32,000 nucleotides of DNA, from assembly GCF_000237865.1 (NCBI RefSeq), contig NC_017459.1:1230001-1262000 (forward strand), read 5' to 3'. Under the pieces are notes generated by a model, which saw only the letters and a program-made list of their open reading frames with translations, did not search any database and had not been told where the DNA came from. Positions 7,928 to 17,628 of the stretch are shown here, one piece after another. The stretch's first letter is position 1. The number at the start of each line of letters is the position of its first letter. This stretch comes from Haloquadratum walsbyi C23 (GTDB lineage Archaea > Halobacteriota > Halobacteria > Halobacteriales > Haloferacaceae). A program made the translations under genes and the position numbers.

Positions 7928-9520
7928 ATGAAACAATCCGGACGGCGCCAAAGGATGGCGATATTGACCATTGTTGTCCTACTTTTGCTGACAGTGTTTG
8001 CCAGTGGCGTCGCGATTGGGGTTCCTGCTGCGCGAGTTGCAGTGTCTGATGCGACAGTGACACCTGCAACACCAACAGCAGGAGCTCCAACGACGGTCAC
8101 TGCAACGGTCCGATTGTCAGGTGGGAGTACCTCTGCTGTAACACTTGATCGTGTTGACCTTGTTAGTTCAGATGATGACAACTTCCGTGACGATGTAGTG
8201 GCTCGTGCGACTGACCTTGGGTCACTCTCAGCTGGTGAGACACTAACAGTTCCAATCACAGCAACATTCGATACGCCAGGTGAGCATGATCTCCGAATCA
8301 GAGCGACTGTTACTGATGCTGACAATGACGAAACGACAGTCACGCGACCAATTTCTGTTATTGTTGAACAGGGTGTTCCGCAGGTCTCATTTGATGCACC
8401 AAATGCTGTTGTGGGAGCAGATTCATCTGTGCAGGCAACGGTATCAAATCCAACAAATGCTGCCTTACGCAATCTATCGGTGCGTATTATGACACCTGAG
8501 ACAGGTGAGCGCAGTGTTCGTGAAATCCCAGTCTTAGCTGCTGGAACGACAACAACGTTGAACCTTTCAGTTCAACCCCGGCAACCTGGACAACAGCAAC
8601 TAACTGCTGATATCTCATATCTAACACCTTCGGGGACGGTCCAAACCGTAGATGAAACGGAATTGATGCGCGTGAAACCATTGGCGAATGACGTTGGTGT
8701 TCGCGTTAGTCGTTCCACAGGAAATGATCAAAATAATGCAGGCGGAGTCGCAGGTGGGATTGGTGGGATTCTTGGTGGACAGAGCGATCTTCAAGCTGGT
8801 GGGTCACAGCAAGATGGGGCTGAACAGAGTGAAGTGGACGTGACTGTCTCAAACTTTGGAAACGCTCCGATTGATTCCGTTGTTGTCATTCCACAAACAG
8901 CTAATGGAACGATTGTCACGGAGATAGGGCGTGTGATTGTTGATGAGACATTGTCACCAGGAACTGCATCAACTGTCACTGTCGACACAGCCCAAGCCGA
9001 GCAGATTGGACAACTACAATTCGCTGCAGCATATGAACTTGCCGGTGAACGTCACACCGTGTCCGCGAAATTTAATCGACAGACTCCTGGTGCGGTTGAT
9101 CTCACTGGCGTGGATCTTTCGGTCAAATCAAATGGATCGGTTGATTTACGCAGTAATCTCGCCAATACTGGCGGCAGTGAGATTTCTGGTGTAGTTGTGC
9201 AAGTGGTAAGCAGCGAGTACGTTACACCCGAGTATCCAAGACGAAGTTACTTCGTTGGAACACTTGGTAGCAGTGAATTCGCACCGGTTGAATTAACTGC
9301 TTCAGTTGATGTGCAGAATGCAACAGAGGTTCCGGTTCGCATTCAATATACTGTCGGTGCTGACCGCGTTGTTGAGACGACTACGATCTCACTTCCCCCG
9401 AATGATGAAACAGATGGGACCACTCCAGGTGGAGGCGAAGTAGGTGTCATATTGAGTGTGCTCCTTGTTGGCGCAGTAATTGTGATTAGTGGTGTATTCA
9501 TTATGAGGCGTCGAGAATGA
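7928..9520 (+). CDS. Cell-surface protein with repeated CARDB / COG1361-like beta-sandwich domains, a Tat-type signal and a C-terminal TM anchor.
   Basis: 530 aa. N-terminus SGRRQRMAILTIVVLLLL. Four repeated segments (VTATVRLSGGSTSAVTL, VQATVSNPTNAALRNLSV, VDVTVSNFGNAPIDSVVV, LRSNLANTGGSEISGVVV). Gly-rich linker GGVAGGIGGILGG. C-terminal VGVILSVLLVGAVIVISGVFIMRRRE. Confidence 0.8.
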   Translation: MKQSGRRQRMAILTIVVLLLLTVFASGVAIGVPAARVAVSDATVTPATPTAGAPTTVTATVRLSGGSTSAVTLDRVDLVSSDDDNFRDDVVARATDLGSLSAGETLTVPITATFDTPGEHDLRIRATVTDADNDETTVTRPISVIVEQGVPQVSFDAPNAVVGADSSVQATVSNPTNAALRNLSVRIMTPETGERSVREIPVLAAGTTTTLNLSVQPRQPGQQQLTADISYLTPSGTVQTVDETELMRVKPLANDVGVRVSRSTGNDQNNAGGVAGGIGGILGGQSDLQAGGSQQDGAEQSEVDVTVSNFGNAPIDSVVVIPQTANGTIVTEIGRVIVDETLSPGTASTVTVDTAQAEQIGQLQFAAAYELAGERHTVSAKFNRQTPGAVDLTGVDLSVKSNGSVDLRSNLANTGGSEISGVVVQVVSSEYVTPEYPRRSYFVGTLGSSEFAPVELTASVDVQNATEVPVRIQYTVGADRVVETTTISLPPNDETDGTTPGGGEVGVILSVLLVGAVIVISGVFIMRRRE

Positions 9521-10242
9521 GTGAAACTGAAGGTATAATCAATACAAAAGCGACAGGAAAGACAGAGGAGACGCACTCGACCCCAATTGAATTACGACAC
9601 GTAACGAAATCTTATGCGAGTGGCATGGACCGGGTGACGGCACTTGACACGGTTGATTTTTGTGTTAATGCTGGAGAGGTCGTTGCTGTGATTGGTCCTT
9701 CAGGGTCAGGCAAGTCGACAATGTTGAATATATTGGGTCTTCTTGATGAGCCGACTGAAGGGAGTATTCTCCTTCATGATGAGCCTGCAACAGGGCTGTC
9801 TCCTATAGAGAAAACGACTGCTCGGCGTGAGACGATTGGATTTGTCTTCCAGGATTTTCACTTGATTCCGACTCTCAGTGCTGTTGGGAATGTCCGGTTA
9901 CCCACAGCATTTCTTCCGGGGGATGCGACGGCACGTGCTGAGGATCTGCTCACTCGGGTCGGTCTTGGTGACCGTCTCCGCCACACTCCTGATGAACTCT
10001 CTGGGGGGCAGAAACAACGCGTAGCGATTGCTCGATCACTGATTAATGAGCCAGATGTGTTACTCGCAGATGAGCCAACAGGGAATCTCGATTCAGAGAC
10101 CGGCGCGGCAGTTCTTGAAGAAATCAGGGCAATCGCTGATGAGGGTGTTAGCGTTGTCGCTGTCACACATGATGATCTCGTTCGTGAGTACACTGATCGG
10201 ACGGTTGAATTAGTTGATGGTGTTTTAACAGATGCTTCGTAA
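9517..10242 (+). CDS. ABC transporter ATP-binding protein (MacB/LolD-type).
   Basis: Walker A GPSGSGKST, signature LSGGQKQRVAIAR, Walker B LLADEPTGNLD, H-loop VTHD. The start ATG overlaps the upstream stop (ATGA at 9517-9520). Confidence 0.92.
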   Translation: MSETEGIINTKATGKTEETHSTPIELRHVTKSYASGMDRVTALDTVDFCVNAGEVVAVIGPSGSGKSTMLNILGLLDEPTEGSILLHDEPATGLSPIEKTTARRETIGFVFQDFHLIPTLSAVGNVRLPTAFLPGDATARAEDLLTRVGLGDRLRHTPDELSGGQKQRVAIARSLINEPDVLLADEPTGNLDSETGAAVLEEIRAIADEGVSVVAVTHDDLVREYTDRTVELVDGVLTDAS

Positions 10243-11374
10243 GCTGTTTGAGCAGCGATTCCCAGCGGCTGTGTTAGCTGGACAAAATCTCTCTCGACAA
10301 CGCGCTCGGGCGGCGCTTGCAGCACTTGGCATCGTCATTGGCGTGTTTGCGGTTGTGACCCTTGGGACGCTGGGAACTGCCCTACAAGTGGCAGCGACTG
10401 CTGAACTTGGGGGATTAGGGAATCAAGTTATTATTAGCCCGTCTGAGGAGTCATCAAATGAGGCATTAAACAGTCGCGATCTTCAGGCAATCGAACGTGC
10501 TGCTGCTAGTCGAGGAACAGTAATTCCACTGCAGACGACCGGTACCACAGCGAGCAATGGCGAGGCTCAGACTGCCACACAGGTGTATGGGACAACAACA
10601 CCGAAAACATTGTTTAATGCCGATGATTCAATTCCAGAATTTCATCGCCAAGGGGCAATTGTTGGGGCAGACGTAGCGAGTTCACTTAATGTCCAACAAG
10701 GATCACAGGTGCAAGTGGGACCGAATTCCTATCGCGTGATTGCTATTCTCGAGGCTGAAACTGGTATTTCACCAATTCAAGGAAATTCTGCAATCATCCT
10801 TCCACCGAGTGCGTTCACCACAAGTGGTTACTCACAAGTAGTAATCAAAGCAAATTCAGGGGGGGATGCAACCGCAATTGCAACAGAGGTTCGATCGAGA
10901 CTTAATGGACGAGAAAATCGGGTTTCAGTATTCTCACTGCAAAGCGTTCTCACACAGATTGAGGAGTTTTTCGGCTTGTTAAACGGATTTTTACTCGCAA
11001 TCGCAAGCATCTCATTGGTCGTTGCGGGTGTGTCAATATTTAATATTATGCTGATGACAGTCTCCGAACGTCGTGGGGAGATTGGTGTCTTACGTGCAGT
11101 GGGAATTCACCGCCAACAGGTGCTTCGAACACTCATTATTGAATCAACACTGCTTGGCGTCGCCGGTGGGTTTGTCGGAGCATGTGGTGGAGTGATCACA
11201 GTAATCGCGGTTGGGATGAATACACAACTCCCGATTTCAGCGATATTCGTTCCATTGAATGCACTTATTGTCTTTATTGGATTTGGATTTGGCGTTATTG
11301 TTGCCCTTATCGGTGGACTCTACCCAGCATATAAAGCAGCATGGGAACCACCGGTGGAATCGCTGCGTGGGTGA
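10232..11374 (+). CDS. ABC transporter permease, FtsX/MacB-like.
   Basis: 380 aa: an N-terminal TM, an extracytoplasmic domain of about 200 aa, then three TMs (FLLAIASISLVVAGVSIFNIM, ...GVAGGFVGACGG..., ALIVFIGFGFGVIVALIGGLYP). 11-nt overlap with the ATPase gene. Confidence 0.88.
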   Translation: MLRKLFEQRFPAAVLAGQNLSRQRARAALAALGIVIGVFAVVTLGTLGTALQVAATAELGGLGNQVIISPSEESSNEALNSRDLQAIERAAASRGTVIPLQTTGTTASNGEAQTATQVYGTTTPKTLFNADDSIPEFHRQGAIVGADVASSLNVQQGSQVQVGPNSYRVIAILEAETGISPIQGNSAIILPPSAFTTSGYSQVVIKANSGGDATAIATEVRSRLNGRENRVSVFSLQSVLTQIEEFFGLLNGFLLAIASISLVVAGVSIFNIMLMTVSERRGEIGVLRAVGIHRQQVLRTLIIESTLLGVAGGFVGACGGVITVIAVGMNTQLPISAIFVPLNALIVFIGFGFGVIVALIGGLYPAYKAAWEPPVESLRG

Positions 11375-11597
11375 GTTTGATTCTCATACGTATCATATCA
11401 CTTCCGATCATCTTCTCACGCCCGAACGTCAATCATCAAAAAAAGTTCATGTGAAGCGATGATACACCACCGCCAATCGAATGAGATTATCTCACGGAAG
11501 GTATCATCCATTCTGCTATTGTCGGTTTATATTGGATTACTTATATAACAGTCGCAATCTGAGACGTGAGTGATACAGCCCTCCGAGTAGCTTCGCT

Positions 11598-13022
11598 TCA
11601 GTTAATCGTCGGGTGAGTCTCAGTCTGCATCGACGGGAAGAACCGACCATGAAATCCGAATGGCTCTGAGTGCGGCAGTTGAGCCCGTGCTTGTATTTCG
11701 AGTGTTGATGCGTCAAATATCATCACCGTCGTTCGATCTTCTTCGACATCGAGTGCTGGCGCAATCACGACACCATCATCATCGGCATGACCATTGGGGT
11801 CTCGGATTGGAAGGGGTTCCTCAAGATACACAGATGGCTCCCACCACTCACGTGTCTCTCCAGTATCACAATCAAGCTTCACAAGTCCATTTCCGCCCTC
11901 TTGATCTGTCAACTGTGCATAGGTGTATCGATGACGTCCGCTGACATCAGGTTGTGCAATACGTGGTAATTCCATACCAACATCGCTGAGTGGCGAGCGT
12001 TCAACGGACCCCGTTGTTATATTAATTTGATATCGGATAGGGTTCCCATCTGGGGCTGGACTTGAACTGAACGCATCGAGTTGCTGCATTTGCATCGCAT
12101 CAAGAACACGGTTATCCGAGTACTCAATCAAGTCTAATATAATTGTATCATCATCAATATATGCATTAATATGATGAAAGACAAATGCTGAGTCCACGAT
12201 TGGGTCTGCGATGAGTTCACCAGATTCCCGCTCGATTACCAGTAATCTCATTCCACGATCGGGTTCCCAACTAAGAAGATCCTGAATTCCCTCAGAAAAT
12301 GGATTAAGCGTCTGTAACGCGGAAATAACGAGTGGTACCTCAACAAGAACGATATGTTCGTCTGTGACACTACAATCGTGCATATAAGCCGGTCCACGTG
12401 CGTCAACTGATGTAATCCGCTCTCGTTGTCGACTCTCATATGGAATTTTATAAATGTGATATTGGGGTACGCGCCCAAACTGTGTTGCGAATCCAATAAG
12501 CTCACGCTGGTCTTGATCATCAACAAGATGCGCTGCGGTAAGATGTTCAGTTATTTCATCAGTAAACTCAAACTCGGTTTGCGTTTGTAGTGTCTCAGGG
12601 TCGAATGATACTCTGCGCGGCGCCTCGGTCAGTGCCACATACTCCTGGTCGATACGTGCAACGTGTACATTTGTGTTATCTGTGGGTGTTGGGAGTCCTG
12701 AACGAAGCGGTTCAATCAATCGCCGCCATCCTCGTGTATCGGTCCCAAATTGACCGGTCAGTCGACCATCTGCCGCATCAGCATATGCATCAGTTCGGAG
12801 GAATCGATTACTATATCTGATGTTTCCGTTAGAAAAATGATATCGCCGTAACATCGCCAATCCGTCGAACCAGTGGCTGACACGCGTCCCATCAATATCA
12901 AACAGCCCTGGTCCATTCCGGATCAATGTCCCCTCAAGCCACGCAGGAACCGTCCCTTGAGTCTCAAGTTGTTTATTATCGACCTCTGACTGAAGAGAGC
13001 GGAACCCTGGGTGAGTCGACAT
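11598..13022 (-). CDS. Carotenoid oxygenase family protein (RPE65/CCD-type dioxygenase).
   Basis: Matches include GTLIRNGPG, HWFDGLAMLRRYHF, VFHHINAY and EPFGFHGRF (His ligands of the beta-propeller iron site). Track ORF 11598..13067 begins upstream. I prefer the ATG at 13022 (MSTHPGFRSL). Confidence 0.85.
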   Translation of the reverse strand: MSTHPGFRSLQSEVDNKQLETQGTVPAWLEGTLIRNGPGLFDIDGTRVSHWFDGLAMLRRYHFSNGNIRYSNRFLRTDAYADAADGRLTGQFGTDTRGWRRLIEPLRSGLPTPTDNTNVHVARIDQEYVALTEAPRRVSFDPETLQTQTEFEFTDEITEHLTAAHLVDDQDQRELIGFATQFGRVPQYHIYKIPYESRQRERITSVDARGPAYMHDCSVTDEHIVLVEVPLVISALQTLNPFSEGIQDLLSWEPDRGMRLLVIERESGELIADPIVDSAFVFHHINAYIDDDTIILDLIEYSDNRVLDAMQMQQLDAFSSSPAPDGNPIRYQINITTGSVERSPLSDVGMELPRIAQPDVSGRHRYTYAQLTDQEGGNGLVKLDCDTGETREWWEPSVYLEEPLPIRDPNGHADDDGVVIAPALDVEEDRTTVMIFDASTLEIQARAQLPHSEPFGFHGRFFPSMQTETHPTIN

Positions 13023-13326
13023 AAATGTATATGATTGCTTCAGAGGAAATTGTCTTTCGACAATCACTCACTATGCTGATACCACGCGTTCACACCTAAT
13101 AAAGAGACTATCTGTCAGGATTGTACTAGACCGAATTATATCGATATGTAGGGAGTGTATATTAGATCAGCTGTCGATACTGTGAGTTTCTTTGTCAGTA
13201 TGTGAAACCGAATGGAGCGCGCCAACTCAACTCAATTGAGTGTAATTTCGGAGAGAAACACTGTCAACGCATCAACAACTGATATGAGGGTGATTATCAC
13301 GTACGCACACCGATGTGAACGTAGAA

Positions 13327-14202
13327 ATGATAAACGAACACGGATTTGCGGATTTGCACGTTCACACAACTGCATCTGATGGGGTTGACACGCTTTCTGA
13401 ACGATGTGCCCGTGCTAGGGAGGTCGATCTTCCTATCTTTGCTGTAACTGATCATGACTGTGTTCATCCAGCGTTCTCGAAACCAATTATGAAGCGAGAT
13501 CATTGTGCCGTTATTAATGGGGCTGAAATTCGAGCGGGTGTCGCAGGTCATGAGATCGAAATTCTCGGACTATTTTTAGATCCGACATCATCAGAGCTTC
13601 AAGATGTCCTTGAGCGCGTCCAACAACACCGAATCAACCGCAATCAAACCATTGTGAATGCACTCCGCACTCACGCCGGACTGGAAGCCACATACGAAAT
13701 GCTCATTCATCGTGTTGATGGTGTTTTGACACGTCCGCACTTAGCCGAGCAACTCGAACGTGAGGGCATTGTTGAGTCACATGACGAGGCGTTTCAGCAA
13801 TATCTTCAATCCGGTGTCAAAACACATGAGCCACTCAAGTTAGTTGCGTGTGAAATAGTCATCAGCGCGATTCATGCTGCGGGTGGCGTTGCATCGCTTG
13901 CACATCCCGGATATTTTCAACCACCCACATCAGAACATACATTTGATTCACTTGCGTCATTAATTCAGAGACTCAAAACGGCAGGATTAGACGCAATAGA
14001 GGTGACATATGAGTATGGTGCATCTGGATTCAGCCCTCCAAGAGCAACGACACTGGCGAATAAGACCGATTTATTGCAAACTGGTGGTTCGGACTGCCAT
14101 GGGGTGGATACATCAATAACTAGCATTGGCGATGTTCGAGTCTCTCGCTCACAATTTCGTCGTCTATATGAAAGATCAGACACCACTATCCGTCCGCACT
14201 GA
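13327..14202 (+). CDS. PHP-domain metal-dependent phosphoesterase (TrpH/RNase AM-like, COG0613).
   Basis: FADLHVHTTASDG is the N-terminal PHP motif. Also VTDHD, LAHPG and GGSDCHG. The track start at 13315 is a GTG; the first ATG is at 13327 (MINEHGF). Confidence 0.85.
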   Translation: MINEHGFADLHVHTTASDGVDTLSERCARAREVDLPIFAVTDHDCVHPAFSKPIMKRDHCAVINGAEIRAGVAGHEIEILGLFLDPTSSELQDVLERVQQHRINRNQTIVNALRTHAGLEATYEMLIHRVDGVLTRPHLAEQLEREGIVESHDEAFQQYLQSGVKTHEPLKLVACEIVISAIHAAGGVASLAHPGYFQPPTSEHTFDSLASLIQRLKTAGLDAIEVTYEYGASGFSPPRATTLANKTDLLQTGGSDCHGVDTSITSIGDVRVSRSQFRRLYERSDTTIRPH

Positions 14203-14400
14203 TATTCTCACTGAGCACGCAGTATATGATAAAATCGCTAACACTTGATACTACCTCGCAATTCTATGAGGACATTATAAAATGAGATTATGCGACGCTG
14301 ATGGACGCTCTCATAAGCGTTGTATATACGACATTCTGATTAGTAATATCAACAAATTAATATAATCATAGACATTCAATATACTAACACGTAATTGCCG

Positions 14401-16287
14401 ATGTTTGTGTATGAGAGTACAAAATCTGGATTCTTAGATGATGTCCTGGCAGGTCGGTTAGTTTCAGAGATTAAGCGGGGATATCAATCACACGGGATTG
14501 GGATGGGCGCTTCCAATGAAATTCGGTCTTGGAAGAACTCACTGCAGTACATGCATACAGTCTTGGTTAACAGTTCAGTGCCAGACAATGCAGGGGTAGC
14601 AATCGAATTTAAAATCCCACTTACCTCACGCCGAGTCGATTTTCTTCTTTCAGGATATGATAATGCGGATAATGCGAATGTCATAATCATTGAGCTTAAA
14701 CAGTGGAGCGGCGACAGCACTCAAATGGTCGCAGATAAAGATGGAATTGTGAAGACTCCCCTGGGGGGTGGTATACATGAGACAACCCATCCAAGTTATC
14801 AAGCAAGCTCATACGCTCAGTTGTTAAAAGATTTCAACGTCACTGTTCGTGAAAAGCCGATTAATCTATATCCACTGGCATATCTTCATAACTTCGAATC
14901 GGAGCATCGAGAAAAGCTCGATAATGAGACATATCAATCATATATTGCGAAAGCACCGCTCTATATCCGTGAGGATACAAGACAATTGCGTGAATTCGTT
15001 GCATCACAGATTGATACTGGAGACAACAGGAAGAATCTCTATGAGATGAGCAACGGGAAAATCAGACCGGCGAAATCATTACAACGCTCATTATTATCAA
15101 TGCTCGAACGTCAGGACGAGTTCACATTAATTGATTCACAAAAAGTTGTCTTTGAAAAAGCCGTTGAACTAGCAATACAGTCACGACGTGATGGGCAGAA
15201 ACGTGTATTACTCATAGAAGGCGGTCCGGGAACAGGCAAGACAGTTGTTGCAATCAATATCCTCGCTGAGTTAATTCAACAGGATATGATTACGCAATAC
15301 GTCTCAAAAAATCGAGCGCCACGAGATGTCTATGAACAGAAACTTCGTGGAGATAAATTAGTTAAAGAGATCAAACATCTATTCACAGGCGCGGGTAGTT
15401 TCGTTGAGACAGAGACAAATACAATTCCTGCATTGATTGCTGATGAGGCTCATCGGCTAAACGAGGAATCGACATTTTTTGGTCGCGGTGAAAACCAAAT
15501 TATGGAAATTATCAATGCTGCCAAATTTAGCGTTTTCTTTATTGACGAAAATCAGCGCGTCCATATCGACGATATCGGTTCAAAACAAGAAATCCGGCAG
15601 CATGCACGCAATTTGAATGCTGATATTGAAGAGATGACCCTTACATCACAATTCCGATGCAATGGGTCAAGAGGATACGTCGCCTGGGTAGATGATGTGC
15701 TACAGATTCGACAGACAGCCAACGCAGATGGATTTGATCTTGAGTTTGATATACATGTGTTTGATTCCCCACATGCTCTTCATACGGCGATTGAACAAAA
15801 GAATAATCAGAACCGAGTTTCGCGTGTTGTAGCGGGATACTGTTGGGAGTGGGAAAAAGACGGTCGCGCTGATCCTTCTATCAGTGATATCACGATTGGT
15901 AATTACGAACGGAGTTGGAATCTTGATACAAATGACCCATGGGCGATTACTGAGGGGTCAATTGATCAAGTCGGGTGCATTCACACGTGTCAGGGACTTG
16001 AATTTGATTACGTTGGCGTAATTATTGGTGAGGACTTGAAATATCGCGATGGAGATATCATCGTAGATCATGAAGAGCGAGCGAGCACCGACAGATCATT
16101 ATTCGGGATTAAGAAAATGTTTCGAGAGAATCCTAACAAAGCGGCTGAGACCGCTGAAGAGGTAATTAAAAATACGTATCGGACACTGTTGACCCGTGGG
16201 ATGAAAGGCTGCTATCTGTACTGCTGTGATGATGAGCTTCAATCATATCTGAAAACTCGAGTTGAAAATATCTCTATTAATTCATAA
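14401..16287 (+). CDS. DUF2075-family protein: N-terminal PD-(D/E)xK-like nuclease module fused to an SF1-type P-loop ATPase/helicase.
   Basis: RRVDFLLSG (D at 14638-14640) and VIIIELKQW (ExK at 14692-14700). Walker A GGPGTGKT (15220-15243). Walker B/DEAH IADEAHRL (15442-15453). C-terminal CQGLEFDYVGVIIG, a UvrD-C-like motif. The track start at 14395 is TTG; ATG is at 14401 (MFVYEST). Confidence 0.85.
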   Translation: MFVYESTKSGFLDDVLAGRLVSEIKRGYQSHGIGMGASNEIRSWKNSLQYMHTVLVNSSVPDNAGVAIEFKIPLTSRRVDFLLSGYDNADNANVIIIELKQWSGDSTQMVADKDGIVKTPLGGGIHETTHPSYQASSYAQLLKDFNVTVREKPINLYPLAYLHNFESEHREKLDNETYQSYIAKAPLYIREDTRQLREFVASQIDTGDNRKNLYEMSNGKIRPAKSLQRSLLSMLERQDEFTLIDSQKVVFEKAVELAIQSRRDGQKRVLLIEGGPGTGKTVVAINILAELIQQDMITQYVSKNRAPRDVYEQKLRGDKLVKEIKHLFTGAGSFVETETNTIPALIADEAHRLNEESTFFGRGENQIMEIINAAKFSVFFIDENQRVHIDDIGSKQEIRQHARNLNADIEEMTLTSQFRCNGSRGYVAWVDDVLQIRQTANADGFDLEFDIHVFDSPHALHTAIEQKNNQNRVSRVVAGYCWEWEKDGRADPSISDITIGNYERSWNLDTNDPWAITEGSIDQVGCIHTCQGLEFDYVGVIIGEDLKYRDGDIIVDHEERASTDRSLFGIKKMFRENPNKAAETAEEVIKNTYRTLLTRGMKGCYLYCCDDELQSYLKTRVENISINS

Positions 16288-16654
16288 TCAAAGTGCATGG
16301 ATGCTGTAGCTGTCACCAGATGAACCTCATTGGTGTCTGTGCAGGTGAGTCGTTGATTCTTCTCTATTGACCACAACCTATTTCATTAAACCCTGACACT
16401 GCTGGTAATGGAATTCAAAAGAAAATATGTTTTGCAATTTGCTATCTTATGTCCCTAAGATATCGAATGACCAGTAGAATCAGTTATATTCAGAACTTCA
16501 CACTTCGGGAGTTGCATCCAGTCACTGCCGAGACTAGCTGTTATGAGACAGTATATGAGATTGCTCAAGGAACTCCACCGCCGGTGGTAAATACAAAATC
16601 CAGGATACTAAATCTGTCATGACCGGTTACAATGAAATATCACCGATATGATCA

Positions 16655-17047
16655 TCATCCATCCAATGCATCAATCACAATCTGTTTATGATCGAATCCC
16701 ATCTCAGGGAGGTCATTTGAATTGAATGTCCCTACCTCAGCGGCTTCCTCTCGTGGAACTGGTGTTTCATTGGTATTGCTTCTGCATCGATAGGCTGCGG
16801 TCACGTTTCCGCGCTTATCACGGTCAGGACCGTCATACAGACCAATAAATTCCTCAATGACAATGCTAAGACCAACCTCTTCTTTTGTCTCACGGACACA
16901 TGCCTCTCGTGCTGTCTCATCTTGCTCAACGAATCCACCAGGAAGTGCCCATGATCCCTCAAACGGGGGATGAGTTCGCTTCATGAGAAGTACTTTTCCA
17001 TCAAATTCAATGACGGCATCAGTTGTCAGTGTACGAGGTCCTACCAT
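16655..17047 (-). CDS. NUDIX hydrolase.
   Basis: Complete Nudix box GGFVEQDETAREACVRETKEEVGL (Gx5Ex7REUxEExGU). 130 aa. Confidence 0.9.
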   Translation of the reverse strand: MVGPRTLTTDAVIEFDGKVLLMKRTHPPFEGSWALPGGFVEQDETAREACVRETKEEVGLSIVIEEFIGLYDGPDRDKRGNVTAAYRCRSNTNETPVPREEAAEVGTFNSNDLPEMGFDHKQIVIDALDG

Positions 17048-17283
17048 AATAGATGGTCAGCCCTGTTCATAATGAGTTCTATGGCATCTATTTCTATCCA
17101 GTGAGTCATCTCCAATTTATATTTAAGTTTGATCATGGATATGTGAGTTTTATCACCCCCGTACAAGATAACCGTCAAATAAACTAAAACGTGAATCCGT
17201 CCGGCGATCTATTGTTGATGGATAAACCGTGTATCACTATGCATATCAAAATATAAACACAAAGCAAGCATATACTGCATGTG

Positions 17284-17628
17284 ATGTTAGAATTAGCAAA
17301 TGAAGCGTGTGAGGCATGTACCTCAGAAGATGAACCGCTTGTTGAGAGCGAATATGCAGAGTATCATACTGAACTCAGAGGTGATGTTTGGGAGGTCGTT
17401 GATGATCATCATCTTGAGGCAACATATAATTTTGAGGACTTTCGTGATGCACTTGAGTTCACATATGAAATTGGTGAACTCGCTGAGGAAGAATGGCATC
17501 ATCCAGATATCTCCCTCGAATGGGGGGAAGTAAATATTGAAATGTGGACACACAAAATCGACGGACTGCATAAGACGGACTTTGTGATGGCCGCACGCAT
17601 GGACCGTATCCACAAACAGTACGCCTAG
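17284..17628 (+). CDS. Pterin-4-alpha-carbinolamine dehydratase (PCD/DCoH family).
   Basis: [32 protein letters not shown] matches the PCD signature (E..HHP......V.......H). ATG at 17284 follows a GTG at 17281. Confidence 0.85.
   Translation: MLELANEACEACTSEDEPLVESEYAEYHTELRGDVWEVVDDHHLEATYNFEDFRDALEFTYEIGELAEEEWHHPDISLEWGEVNIEMWTHKIDGLHKTDFVMAARMDRIHKQYA

Noticed and set aside
16467-16622. 51-aa ORF (MTSRISYIQNFTLRELHPVTAETSCYETVYEIAQGTPPPVVNTKSRILNLS) in the spacer after the DUF2075 gene.
   Set aside because: No motif, no clear promoter, and neutral to basic composition. It might be a gene remnant, but I cannot support it.
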